A stretch of 28,491 nucleotides of DNA from a virus. Taxonomy: Duplodnaviria > Caudoviricetes. Within the stretch, counting starts at the first letter, position 1; each line of letters starts with the position of its first letter. The notes below the pieces were generated by a model that worked only from the letters and a program-made list of their open reading frames with translations, ran no database searches and was not told the DNA's origin. Shown in pieces: positions 9,826 to 18,386 of the stretch. Where the stretch lies: IMG/VR virus record IMGVR_UViG_3300017782_000145, positions 1-28,491 of that record. One strand, 5' to 3'. Position numbers and translations under genes: made by a program.

Positions 9826-9863
9826 TGCAAACTCCTTGCATGTTGAAAACCGGGCGCCCCGGC

Positions 9864-10220
9864 TTAGGCTTCGGCGTAAACCACCGAAAAAGTCAGCCCG
9901 ACGCGGTATAAGAGGCCCGCATCGTCGGCTGTCATGTCCCGCGCATTTTCGAAAAACACGCCCTGAATTGTCCCGCCTTGGTAGCGGTTTAGCGCTGCGC
10001 GAATTGCGCGGGCTGCTGTTATCGTTTCGGCGTAGCTCTTGCCGTACACGTCCGCATTTACACGGGCGCGAAATATCCCCGCCGCATCAATCGACTGCTC
10101 TTGCACAGCGGATGCCCGCGAAAGCATGGCGCGCGGCGTAGCCGTACCCTCACCCAACACCCCCCAGGCCACCGAAAACGCTACCGCCGCATCAATGACG
10201 GCGAAAAGTTCCTCTTCCAT
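9864..10220 (-). CDS. Tail terminator / tail completion protein (DUF3168-like)
   Basis: RVNADVYGKSYAE...ARAIRAAL motif; position just before the tail tube. Confidence 0.8.
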   Translation of the reverse strand: MEEELFAVIDAAVAFSVAWGVLGEGTATPRAMLSRASAVQEQSIDAAGIFRARVNADVYGKSYAETITAARAIRAALNRYQGGTIQGVFFENARDMTADDAGLLYRVGLTFSVVYAEA

Positions 10221-10672
10221 TAGCGCGAGGCCCTAGCCGCGATCCGCGCGAACGTCTTCTTGATCTCGGCGCCCAAGATATCGCGTAGCTCGTCAAGAAC
10301 CTTGGCGTTGTTCATATCCCAGGCCGGTTGAAGCATCGGCAGCGGCGACACAAAGCCCGTATAACGCCCCGTGCTTGTCTGTGTCCTTGGCCCCGTGCCA
10401 AATTCCAGCAAATGCGCGTGCGGTTCCGGCGAACCTACAAACATATGCAAAAGCGTCGGCGTGTCCTCTGGCTGCGGCTGGTTACGCTTAACCCGGCTTG
10501 ACGTGCGAAACGCCTCGTTAGACGCCCCCGGCCAAAATGCGTTAGCCGTGTCCTGCACCGGCTTTAATGCCTTGCGCATAGCGCGCCGCCCTACGCCCCG
10601 CGCCGTTGGGTTCTTCATCTTAGCTAGTTCTGCCTCAAGCTCTTTGAAGCCCATCGCGCTAAACGTAATCAT
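10220..10672 (-). CDS. HK97 gp10-family tail completion protein
   Basis: GFKELEAEL, AHLLEFGT and PMLQPAWD motifs. Confidence 0.88.
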   Translation of the reverse strand: MITFSAMGFKELEAELAKMKNPTARGVGRRAMRKALKPVQDTANAFWPGASNEAFRTSSRVKRNQPQPEDTPTLLHMFVGSPEPHAHLLEFGTGPRTQTSTGRYTGFVSPLPMLQPAWDMNNAKVLDELRDILGAEIKKTFARIAARASR

Positions 10673-10995
10673 GCCTCGACCCTCAAATAAACCGACGCGG
10701 CATCTGTCACAGCGTCAACGCTCAGAACGTTAAACACCGTGTTACGGCGCGTGTCGCGCACCCGCCAACCGTCCGCCGAAATCGCCCGCGTTTTCGCATC
10801 GGCGCGCAACTTCAACTTGTAGATTTCCCGGCCCGCAATTCGGGCGCCCTCGACGCCCTCACCGCCGCCTAGATGCACGAACTCGGCAGCGCGCTCGTAT
10901 TGCGCAACCCATGTCTCTAATTGCCCGCCGAACGCATCGACTCCACTTGCGCGCGACTGTATCTCTACCCTGTCCCGCAACTTTCCCGCGCCCAT
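10669..10995 (-). CDS. Head closure protein (SPP1 gp16-like)
   Basis: MGAGKLRDRVEIQ...DAFGG...W motif; start at 10995 by TGATG overlap. Confidence 0.88.
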   Translation of the reverse strand: MGAGKLRDRVEIQSRASGVDAFGGQLETWVAQYERAAEFVHLGGGEGVEGARIAGREIYKLKLRADAKTRAISADGWRVRDTRRNTVFNVLSVDAVTDAASVYLRVEA

Positions 10996-11552
10996 CAGCC
11001 ATACCACCCTGCTGAGTGCATGTTGATTAGGCTGTCAAACCCAATCGGGACGGTTTTCATATCGTTATCGACAGCCTCTCGGTTTTCATACCAGTGAGCC
11101 ACAAGCATCTTTACCGCCTGCAACAGCCCTGGTTCGTTTGGACCATCAACAACGTATGTAATTGTAATTGCGTTTTCGCGAACTTGCGTTCCCGGCCAAC
11201 CATTCGGCGCTTCAACAATCGCTGGAACGATCCCCAACGACACTATGTAATCATCTGTCGAAAGCGTCTGTTGAGTTTCTGATACGTCGTAATATTGAAT
11301 TGACGTGACCGACGTAACGCGCCCGCCTGGAAGCGGCTGGCAACGGTTCCAAAAACGATCTAAAGAAAAAGACCACGTTTGCGCGCGCATCGCCGTACCT
11401 GTTGCCTTTTCGACGTAGCGCGTTGCTGCATCAACATAACCAGCAATCAGCGCGTCATCATCGTCAAAATCAACGCGCAAATGGGCCTTAGCGTCGGCTA
11501 TCGAGACAACCGCAGCGCCGAAGGAGCTAACAGTTACGCGGCGATAACTCAC
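10995..11552 (-). CDS. Head-tail connector (HK97 gp6 / SPP1 gp15-like)
   Basis: VSIADAKAHLRVDFDDDDALI and LVAHWYENRE motifs. Confidence 0.92.
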   Translation of the reverse strand: MSYRRVTVSSFGAAVVSIADAKAHLRVDFDDDDALIAGYVDAATRYVEKATGTAMRAQTWSFSLDRFWNRCQPLPGGRVTSVTSIQYYDVSETQQTLSTDDYIVSLGIVPAIVEAPNGWPGTQVRENAITITYVVDGPNEPGLLQAVKMLVAHWYENREAVDNDMKTVPIGFDSLINMHSAGWYG

Positions 11553-11707
11553 TTGACCGCTTTTTCTGGTTTTTTGGACGCACGCACTAGCTCTGCTTGG
11601 CCGTGCTCGATCATCCGCTTCGCTTCATCCGTATCTACATCGATCACGTCTCCCGCATTGTGCGATCCGAGCGGCCCTGAACGTGATACCAATAACTTAA
11701 CTTTCAT
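11549..11707 (-). CDS. Small 52-aa head-associated protein (not in ORF track)
   Basis: Hand-translated MKVKLLVSRSGPLGSHNAGDVIDVDTDEAKRMIEHGQAELVRASKKPEKAVK; GGAGG SD at 11719-11715; GTGA overlap with the connector gene. Confidence 0.85.
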   Translation of the reverse strand: MKVKLLVSRSGPLGSHNAGDVIDVDTDEAKRMIEHGQAELVRASKKPEKAVK

Positions 11708-11726
11708 GCGAAAACCTCCAACGCGA

Positions 11727-11756
11727 TTTAAGTAAGGGGCCGCAAAAAGCAGCCCC
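11727..11756 (-). terminator. Hairpin after the capsid gene (leaky terminator or mRNA 3' stabiliser)
   Basis: GGGGCTGC-TTTTT-GCGGCCCC 8-bp stem followed by a poor U tract (TTACTT). Confidence 0.65.
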
Positions 11757-11767
11757 CCAAAAGTCGC

Positions 11768-13048
11768 TTAAGCTTGAACAAGAGCCTTAACAGCTGCGGC
11801 GTCGGACAATTCACCGTCAAAACGGATATATCCAGCGATGCCAAACCCAGGCCAAAAATCCTTGTCTTGGATTGCGCCAATCAAAGGTTGACCAACCTTG
11901 CGGACAAAGTATTTGCCAAAGTCACCGAACAACATTGATTTGTTGCCGGTAGCAATCGACGCCATGTCTTGGTTAATGTAGTACGGACGCCCATTGAGAG
12001 TGTTGGGGACACCAGCTTGAATGTTGCCCATTTGCCAAAGATAGTTGCCGTCGCCGTCTTTTAGCTTGCGAATTGCCTTGAGCGTTGAATCATTCATCAT
12101 AAAACCAACGCGCGGCCCCGTGCGATAAGCCGGATCAACGCTGTGCTCTAGATCAATAATCTCATCGGACGTGATCGCCGATGCTCCTGCCGCTGTTAGG
12201 CCAGTACCCGCCGCTGTTGCGATCCCATTTGGCGCTGAAGAGCCAGAGCCAGTGGTTAACTGCAAGTTGGCAATACGCGCAAGGCGCTCGCCAAGCAGCC
12301 CGCCGATAAACGTTTCCATGGCAATAAAGCTGTCGTCTGCAAGTTCTTTCGCGACACGCAACCATTCAGTATCAAACGCATATGCGTCAAGCTGCTTAGT
12401 GCCGAAGGTAACGTCCTTGCCGCCATCGTCGGTCAACGTCGCGCCTTCAGTGTGAGCGCCAGCCGTAACCGTTGTGTCGTCAACAGTAGGCATTGGCATC
12501 GGATTGCCACCAGACGTCACAATCTCAGTGACAACATCGCCATCATACATCGGCCCCCAAGCCTTCATGCTGACAATAACACGCTCTAACATTTCCTCGG
12601 GTATCGAGTAGCCGCCAGCCGTGTTTGCCGTAGTTTGTGCTCGCGATTCTGGGCCGCTCACATAGCCGCCTTCCAGCACAGCGCGCGCTTCGCTTTCCAT
12701 AGCGCCAAGCTGGCCACCAGCTGCCATATAAGCATGGAATGCGCTGCGGTAATCCATATTGCCACCGTTGCGCACTTCTTTGGCCTCGTGGCTTGGACGC
12801 TTAGCTTCACGCGCTTCACGTTCCTCGCGCTCTGCTTGCTCAACAGCACGTTTTTCAGCGGCTTCCAGCTTTTCGAGACGATCAGCGCGGGCCTCAAGTG
12901 CGCTTGCCTCATCAAGAGCCTTATCAACCGATATTTCGGCCTCTTTGCGAACTTCTGCCGTTGCGTCGTCTTTAATGCCATCAAGCATTGAGCGGGCCTC
13001 AGTGACGACTTTAGCCGCCTGCTCCCGCAGTTCTTTAATAGTAGCCAT
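11768..13048 (-). CDS. Major capsid protein, HK97 fold
   Basis: Coiled-coil delta domain, then AGGYSIPEE, IRKLKDGDGNYLWQ and LFGDFGKY motifs. Confidence 0.97.
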   Translation of the reverse strand: MATIKELREQAAKVVTEARSMLDGIKDDATAEVRKEAEISVDKALDEASALEARADRLEKLEAAEKRAVEQAEREEREAREAKRPSHEAKEVRNGGNMDYRSAFHAYMAAGGQLGAMESEARAVLEGGYVSGPESRAQTTANTAGGYSIPEEMLERVIVSMKAWGPMYDGDVVTEIVTSGGNPMPMPTVDDTTVTAGAHTEGATLTDDGGKDVTFGTKQLDAYAFDTEWLRVAKELADDSFIAMETFIGGLLGERLARIANLQLTTGSGSSAPNGIATAAGTGLTAAGASAITSDEIIDLEHSVDPAYRTGPRVGFMMNDSTLKAIRKLKDGDGNYLWQMGNIQAGVPNTLNGRPYYINQDMASIATGNKSMLFGDFGKYFVRKVGQPLIGAIQDKDFWPGFGIAGYIRFDGELSDAAAVKALVQA

Positions 13049-13066
13049 CAGGGGCCTCCATCTAAG

Positions 13067-13140
13067 GGAATAGTACGCCTCACGGCGTTCTTTCCTGCCT
13101 TGCCCAAGGGCGGGATTATAGGGCTAAGCGGCTATGCCGC
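13067..13140 (-). promoter_or_regulatory. Structured leader upstream of the capsid gene
   Basis: GCGGC-ATA-GCCGC hairpin and ACGCC-GTGA-GGCGT GNRA-loop hairpin (13088-13075), extended by GGAA/TTCC, just before the GGAGG SD. Confidence 0.5.
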
Positions 13141-13688
13141 TATCTCAGAAACTTCCGAAGCTGCTTTAGCTTCCAGGTGTCGGCTTTAGGCGCAGGGCGC
13201 GACCGCAGCGCGATCTCTGTGCCCTCGTATGCCGGGAAAGTGACAATTGACACATCTTGCAAGCGCACGCTTTTAATACGCCGAAGTGGGTTTTTTTCTT
13301 CGTCTTCTTCCCATTCCTCGCGGTCAACAAAAAACGCAAACGACATTTTGTCCAAGTCGCCACGCTGCATTTTTCCCGCAATGCTTTTTACGTCTGGGTC
13401 TTCTGCATCCAACGTGGTTGCCATTTTTAGTCCGTAATCGTCCTCTTCCAGCTCCAACGTGCCTGATCGCGTTCGCGCCAGCGGCAAGCCTTCGTGATTT
13501 ATATTAAAAACCACGTCATCACGCCCGATTGCATCACGAAACGCGCCATGTTCAATCACCTCGCGGAACACGCCGCTTATATTAGTTTCTTCGCCAAACA
13601 CAGCCGCATAACCTTCGACCCGCAAGCCGCTTTTATCTGCCCGCACTTCGGCCTTTAGACCGTTAGCGCGCTTTTCAGCTTTCGTCAT
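13140..13688 (-). CDS. Prohead protease, HK97 family
   Basis: EGYAAVF, NH, GDLDKMSFAF and DVSIVTFPAY motifs. Confidence 0.96.
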   Translation of the reverse strand: MTKAEKRANGLKAEVRADKSGLRVEGYAAVFGEETNISGVFREVIEHGAFRDAIGRDDVVFNINHEGLPLARTRSGTLELEEDDYGLKMATTLDAEDPDVKSIAGKMQRGDLDKMSFAFFVDREEWEEDEEKNPLRRIKSVRLQDVSIVTFPAYEGTEIALRSRPAPKADTWKLKQLRKFLR

Positions 13689-14868
13689 TTGTTAATGCCT
13701 CCGCTTGCGTCAACGGAATTGTTGCGCCTTGAATATAAAGATCGTCGCCGCCGTCTTTTGGCTCGCGGTTTTCCATTTGTCGCGCTTCGTTTGGCGTAAG
13801 CTGGCCCGTCTGGATCGCTCGCGCATTGCCTTCCATGCGTGTCGTGTAGTCACCACGCAAAAAGCCATTTACATCAAAAGCAACTAACCGACGCGATCTC
13901 CGCCCAAAAAGCTTGAGCGTAAGCTCAGCTTCAAATTGTTCGATCCACCGTTGCGCGTAAAATTTGACAAACTGCAAAGCTTGCTGCTCAGTGTTCGAAT
14001 GCGTGCCGTGCGTTAGATCTTGCAAAAATGTTGGGGGAACCATGTAAATTCGTGCGATCTCTTCAACCGCAAAGCGTTGGCTTTCCACCATTTGCATTTT
14101 TTCTGGATCTGAGCCTAAAGGAATTAGCTTGTGCCCTGTCGGAATTGGCAACACTAACCCGCCGCGCGTTACCACCTCTTGCGTTGCCTGTTCAACATTT
14201 GCGCTTGCGCGGCTTGCACTTTCAGGGCCTTGAAACGGTCCTTCTAAAGCATACGGAGGCATTCCGCCATTGTTGAAAAGTTTAGAACCGAACTCCGCTC
14301 CGTGAACCGCTTTCCCTACGGCAACAGCGCACTGACGCAGCGGCGAGCGATGCGTTACAAGATCCGGCTTGATGCAATAAGTTACATCAATTACGTCGGC
14401 TTGGTCATACTTTCGCGAATTAACGCCAGTGCCTGTTTGATACTCTTTGCGACCGTTATCAAGGCGCTTAACGGCGGCGCTTTCTAATGGGAAAAGATTA
14501 ATTGCCCGCCCTGCGCTATCGCGCTCAACATATGTAACTGCGCGTCCTTCCGTCAAAACGCCAGTAGAATACATGTCATATCGCCACTGAAACGAAGTCA
14601 AATCGTCGTTTACAGCGTCAAAAAGCATTGAAACGGTCGGATTTGCCGCCGTATCACGAATTTTTCGTTTTTGCCCGTTGCTTGTCTTTTCGTAAACGCA
14701 CAAAGGCAGGCTTGCCATTACGCCCGAGATAAAATTGACCGCCGACCACACAGCTGGAACGCCAAGAGCCTCTTCGATTGAAACGGTTGCAGAAGTTTGC
14801 AGCCCGAAAATTTCAAAGATGGTCTGTGGCGTGTTTTGTGTGTAACTCCGCGTCTCTGGCTTGTTCAT
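13675..14868 (-). CDS. Portal protein, HK97 family
   Basis: AVWSAVNFISGVMASLPL, EEIARIYMVPP and LTPNEARQMEN motifs. Confidence 0.96.
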   Translation of the reverse strand: MNKPETRSYTQNTPQTIFEIFGLQTSATVSIEEALGVPAVWSAVNFISGVMASLPLCVYEKTSNGQKRKIRDTAANPTVSMLFDAVNDDLTSFQWRYDMYSTGVLTEGRAVTYVERDSAGRAINLFPLESAAVKRLDNGRKEYQTGTGVNSRKYDQADVIDVTYCIKPDLVTHRSPLRQCAVAVGKAVHGAEFGSKLFNNGGMPPYALEGPFQGPESASRASANVEQATQEVVTRGGLVLPIPTGHKLIPLGSDPEKMQMVESQRFAVEEIARIYMVPPTFLQDLTHGTHSNTEQQALQFVKFYAQRWIEQFEAELTLKLFGRRSRRLVAFDVNGFLRGDYTTRMEGNARAIQTGQLTPNEARQMENREPKDGGDDLYIQGATIPLTQAEALTNDES

Positions 14869-14869
14869 A

Positions 14870-16405
14870 TCAGCCCACCTTCAACTTAAAATCGGGATTA
14901 TCCCAAGGCGAGGTTACGGCTTCGCCACGATCATCAACCGAAACACTAAGCGCCATTGCCAAAGCAACCATTCCATCAATCCGGCCCCGGCTCTTTTTCT
15001 TTGTCAGCTTGCGATTGCCCGCAGCATCCATTTCAACCACTGCATTGCGTGCACAGTTCTCTAAAACCGGGTGCGCGCCGTGCAAAAGATCGTGCCGCAA
15101 CAGCGCGCCTTCAAAGTCTCGTAGCGCGGGCGACATACTGGCAAAGCCCTGCCCCATTTCCTTGAAGATCGCGCTATCGCCTTCAACCTCGTAATCAGCA
15201 AAACCTGCGCTTTGCAGCCAAGGCTTTAAATGGCGGAAATTCCACCTATCAAACGCAATGCGCCGCACATCATGTGCATCACAGAAGCCGCGCATCCACG
15301 TCGCAACATACTCATAACTTACCGTTGGCCCTGGCGCGGCCAACAAATGCCCGTCTTTGTGCCACCTGTCATAAGGCACCCGATCAGCCCGCGCCTTATC
15401 TACTAATCCATCCCCAGGAAGCCAAAAATAAGGGTGAACGCCCCATTTGCTTTCGCCAACTTGAGAAAGCGCAACAAAAGCAGTCAGGTCTTGCACTTCC
15501 GACAAGTCTAACCCAGCAAAAACCGGCCCTTCTATAGGTCCTGGCGTGCCGCCATTTTCACGCCAAACCGTCGAGTTGACAAACGGCGTAGAAGCTTCGA
15601 TCCTTTGATTTAAGTAAAGCCAACGAAAGCTGTTTTCTTTTGAAGGCATTCGCACGGCTTGTTGCGCCGCGTCTTTCATTTCTTCTAAGCTGCGAAAATC
15701 ACCTAGAGCCGGATTAGCCGCCGCCCAAGCGCCTTCGTCTAGCAAGTCGCAATCTTCTGGCGCGCTGTAAAGGTGGCAGACTGTGCCTTCATCGTCTTTT
15801 GCGTCGTCTAACCACGTACTAAACAAGTCCGCATCTGTCGCGGCCTGCGTTGAAATTGCGATCAAAAGCGCATCGTCATAAGCGCCTTGGCTTGTCGTAA
15901 TGGCTTCGACAAAGGCGTCATACTCGCCCTTGATTTGGCCAACTTCGTCTAAGATCGCTAAGACCGGACTTAGACCGTGCGCCGTGCCAGCTTCCGCCGA
16001 TAGCGCCTTATATTCTACATTTCGCGCTAGCCCCACAATCATCTTGGATGATGGAACAATTCGCGTCACTTTTTCCAGTTCTGGACTTAGCGAAAGCATT
16101 TTTGACGCTAGCTTGAACACTAACGCCGCTTGATCTCGCGACCGTGCGCCAGAAACGATCTGGCTATTAGTGACCGCTTCCGGCCCGCAGATATGGGCCA
16201 ATAGGATTGCAGCGATCAGCGCGCTTTTTCCGTTCTTGCGTGCGATACTGAGATAAGCCCGCCTAATCCGACGCGGACTGTCGTAAATTGCAAGAATAAA
16301 CTTGCGCTGAAACTTAGCTAGCCGGATCGGCTTGCCAACATGCTTTCCCTCTGGAACTCGGCAATAACGCTCAATAAACGCAATTACCTTTTCCCCTCGC
16401 GTCAA
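14870..16405 (-). CDS. terL: Terminase large subunit, HK97-type (3' cos class)
   Basis: Walker A ARKNGKS, Walker B AILDE, nuclease motifs GLDLSEVQDLTA and RIDGMVA; N-terminus MTRGEKVIAFIERYC resembles HK97 gp2. Confidence 0.97.
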   Translation of the reverse strand: MTRGEKVIAFIERYCRVPEGKHVGKPIRLAKFQRKFILAIYDSPRRIRRAYLSIARKNGKSALIAAILLAHICGPEAVTNSQIVSGARSRDQAALVFKLASKMLSLSPELEKVTRIVPSSKMIVGLARNVEYKALSAEAGTAHGLSPVLAILDEVGQIKGEYDAFVEAITTSQGAYDDALLIAISTQAATDADLFSTWLDDAKDDEGTVCHLYSAPEDCDLLDEGAWAAANPALGDFRSLEEMKDAAQQAVRMPSKENSFRWLYLNQRIEASTPFVNSTVWRENGGTPGPIEGPVFAGLDLSEVQDLTAFVALSQVGESKWGVHPYFWLPGDGLVDKARADRVPYDRWHKDGHLLAAPGPTVSYEYVATWMRGFCDAHDVRRIAFDRWNFRHLKPWLQSAGFADYEVEGDSAIFKEMGQGFASMSPALRDFEGALLRHDLLHGAHPVLENCARNAVVEMDAAGNRKLTKKKSRGRIDGMVALAMALSVSVDDRGEAVTSPWDNPDFKLKVG

Positions 16406-16857
16406 TTTGGCCTCGCTAGTAGCCCATCATCATTAGCCTCGCCTTGCGCCTGTTTTAGCTTAGCATTTCGCGTGCCTACATTTCGATTGTCGCCGTTTGC
16501 ACGCGCGCGCGCGTGAAGGGCCAAGGATCTGCGCATGGAGAGAATGTCGCTTGTAAAGCCTTTGACAATCTGCACTTTAGGGTTCACTACTGGCGTTCCC
16601 CGGTCTGTTTTTGCCGTAACTCCCTCGACCCGCAATTCTTGCTGCGTCGTGTTCAAGTCGCACATGATGCGAGCCAACATTGCCGCAAGTTCTAACTGGT
16701 GCGCCGTCCATTCCGACCGCGCAAATTCATCAATGACGTTCGCAAAGAACGGCTTGTCTTCATCCGCAAGGGGTACGTGCGAAGGCGGATGAATAGGCGC
16801 AGCCGTCGCAGCTTCAACATATGCCGCAACGCTGTCCGCTCTTCGCTTTCTCGGCAT
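16402..16857 (-). CDS. terS: Terminase small subunit
   Basis: Overlaps terL; PPSH, WT..L and G...VNP motifs; terminal DDGLLARP. Confidence 0.9.
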   Translation of the reverse strand: MPRKRRADSVAAYVEAATAAPIHPPSHVPLADEDKPFFANVIDEFARSEWTAHQLELAAMLARIMCDLNTTQQELRVEGVTAKTDRGTPVVNPKVQIVKGFTSDILSMRRSLALHARARANGDNRNVGTRNAKLKQAQGEANDDGLLARPN

Positions 16858-16879
16858 TAGGTCAATATTCCTGACGTTT

Positions 16880-16955
16880 TTAGGTTTAGCGTTAAATGTG
16901 TGTTGTGGCGGCCGGTTTCAGTCTCACATCCCCGTCAATCGACCCACCCCCTACC
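16880..16955 (-). other. Candidate cos packaging site
   Basis: Non-coding gap between HNH and terS: G-run GGGGGGTGGGTC, GC-rich core CCGGCCGCCAC (16915-16905), then TTTAACGCTAAA. This is the canonical position in HNH/HK97-type phages; the exact cut site is not determined. Confidence 0.65.
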
Positions 16956-17318
16956 CTACCAGATAGGCCTGCCGTCCTCTGTGACGGCCGCTGACGGCCC
17001 CGTTGTCTTCTCTAGGGCAATGGCATCTGCATCTGGCCATAGACGCCTTTCGATGCTTTGGCATGTTGTATCGTGGCATTGCTTGCAAACGAGCTGTAGG
17101 TTTTCGGCGTTCCACGTTAGGTCTGCTCTGAGCTGGTGCGGTCTAATGTGATCTAGCACTGCGCTATTGTGATCTGCCTTGCCTTTGAACAAATGCGCCT
17201 TGCTACACATGCGACAACGCCAACCGTCACGATAACCCACAACGTCTAGTAAGTGCGCCCGAAGCTTTGACCCTTTAGAACCAGCGAAGGGATGCTGGTG
17301 CGCATGGTTATCGCTCAC
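16956..17318 (-). CDS. HNH endonuclease, terminase cofactor (HK97 gp74-like)
   Basis: CRMC...VLDHIRPH...NLQLVCKQCH Zn/HNH pattern adjacent to terS. Confidence 0.88.
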   Translation of the reverse strand: MSDNHAHQHPFAGSKGSKLRAHLLDVVGYRDGWRCRMCSKAHLFKGKADHNSAVLDHIRPHQLRADLTWNAENLQLVCKQCHDTTCQSIERRLWPDADAIALEKTTGPSAAVTEDGRPIW

Positions 17319-17427
17319 AAAGGTATATCCCGTTATTTAATTATTTTGGCGGACCGTTAGCCGTGACCAGTTGGACCAGACCACGCAAGACCCCAAAGAC
17401 TTCTAAAGCGCCACGGTCCTACGGCGC

Positions 17428-17463
17428 AAAAACGAAAAAAGCGCTCAGGGTTTTCCTAGGCGC
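17428..17463 (-). terminator. Intrinsic terminator just downstream of the late promoter (tR'-like)
   Basis: GCGCCTAGG-AAAAC-CCTGAGCGC stem followed by TTTTTTCGTTTTT. Confidence 0.65.
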
Positions 17464-17477
17464 AATTCGTCTCCCAT

Positions 17478-17506
17478 AAGATAACACGTTCAAAAAAATG
17501 ACGCAA
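17478..17506 (-). promoter_or_regulatory. Putative sigma70 late promoter (pR'-like)
   Basis: TTGCGT-17 nt-TATCTT with an extended -10 TG, at the head of the late operon. Confidence 0.6.
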
Positions 17507-17524
17507 GCCCGCAATTTGCGCGCG

Positions 17525-18091
17525 TTATTCGTTGCCCGCAAAGACGCGCGGTTTTGTTCGAACGCCTGCCGCGTTGCCGCTTCCCGCAATACGCCCCAAC
17601 GCAACTTTAAGCCGCACTAGACCATCCCAAGTGTTTGGAACGTGGCCCTCTTCGCAGCTTGCCAGAACTAGGCTACGGTCACGTAGGCCAATCAACTTTT
17701 CTAGTCGCCTGTATTCTTTGATCACAAGCGGATCGCCGTCGCTGTCGTCATACCCTGGGACGCTGCCTGAGATGCAAGACCTATATCCTGAGATATCGGG
17801 TAGCTCTTGCAAGTACGCGGCGCGGGCTGCTTGGAACTGTCGCGCGGCTTGTTCCTCGCCCTTGCTAAGCAAGTTTAGCTGGTGCATTTGGCCTATCGCG
17901 TCGGACGCTAGATCTACAAAGGGTTGAGCGCTCTTCATTGCGCCCTGTGGCTTGGCCCACCGCCCCTTTGCTTGCCGTTGCTGTGTCGGTCTGTTGTCCC
18001 CGTCAGGCTGCGCTAACACCGCCACCTGCTCTTGCTGGGGCGCTGCCTTCTGCTTTGCTTTGACTTTTTTTGGCTTGCTACCCTTCCCCAT
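17525..18091 (-). CDS. Putative late transcription regulator in the lambda Q position (DUF6456-like)
   Basis: Last early gene before the late promoter; basic N-terminus, helical body ending LVRLKVALGRIA; start taken at MGKGSK. The family call is from memory. Confidence 0.5.
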   Translation of the reverse strand: MGKGSKPKKVKAKQKAAPQQEQVAVLAQPDGDNRPTQQRQAKGRWAKPQGAMKSAQPFVDLASDAIGQMHQLNLLSKGEEQAARQFQAARAAYLQELPDISGYRSCISGSVPGYDDSDGDPLVIKEYRRLEKLIGLRDRSLVLASCEEGHVPNTWDGLVRLKVALGRIAGSGNAAGVRTKPRVFAGNE

Positions 18092-18245
18092 CAAGCGCTT
18101 CCCAATATTTGCATTCACGTTGTAGCGCGGCGAGGATTGTTCCGCGTGCCGTGCCTGCCTTAACAGCATCTTGAATTGCGCAGCGTATTTTCATTTGAAC
18201 CTCTGAAATTGCGGCTAGCTGATTAGGGTTTGTTTCTGAATGCAT
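18078..18245 (-). CDS. Small hypothetical protein (55 aa, or 38 aa from ATG 18194)
   Basis: Hand-translated MHSETNPNQLAAISEVQMKIRCAIQDAVKAGTARGTILAALQRECKYWEALDGEG; GAGG precedes both ATGs; overlaps the next gene start. Confidence 0.55.
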   Translation of the reverse strand: MHSETNPNQLAAISEVQMKIRCAIQDAVKAGTARGTILAALQRECKYWEALDGEG

Positions 18246-18296
18246 CGTCATAGCCTCTGTGCTGGCTGAGAAATAGCCTTTAAGCGTTTTAGATGG

Positions 18297-18386
18297 TCAA
18301 GGTGCCCCCAGAACAATTTGGCGCGTCCTGGGGGCGGTCTGGGGAGACCAACTTGAACAGCCCAAGCTGTCAGGAGAGTTAAGCTT
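18297..18386 (-). ncRNA. Candidate structured RNA (multi-stem, C-rich loops)
   Basis: Stems AAGCT/AGCTT (loop holds CTCTCCT), GGTCT-CCCC-AGACC and the 11-bp GCCCCCAGGAC/GTTCTGGGGGC; the last two are enclosed by TCAAG/CTTGA. Confidence 0.4.

Noticed and set aside
16956-17318. HNH as a mobile homing endonuclease
   Set aside because: Its small size and position beside cos/terS match the HK97 gp74-type packaging cofactor.
17320-17520. tRNA gene in the late leader or other intergenic gaps
   Set aside because: No TTCGA T-loop within a cloverleaf could be built by eye; tRNAscan-SE would settle it.
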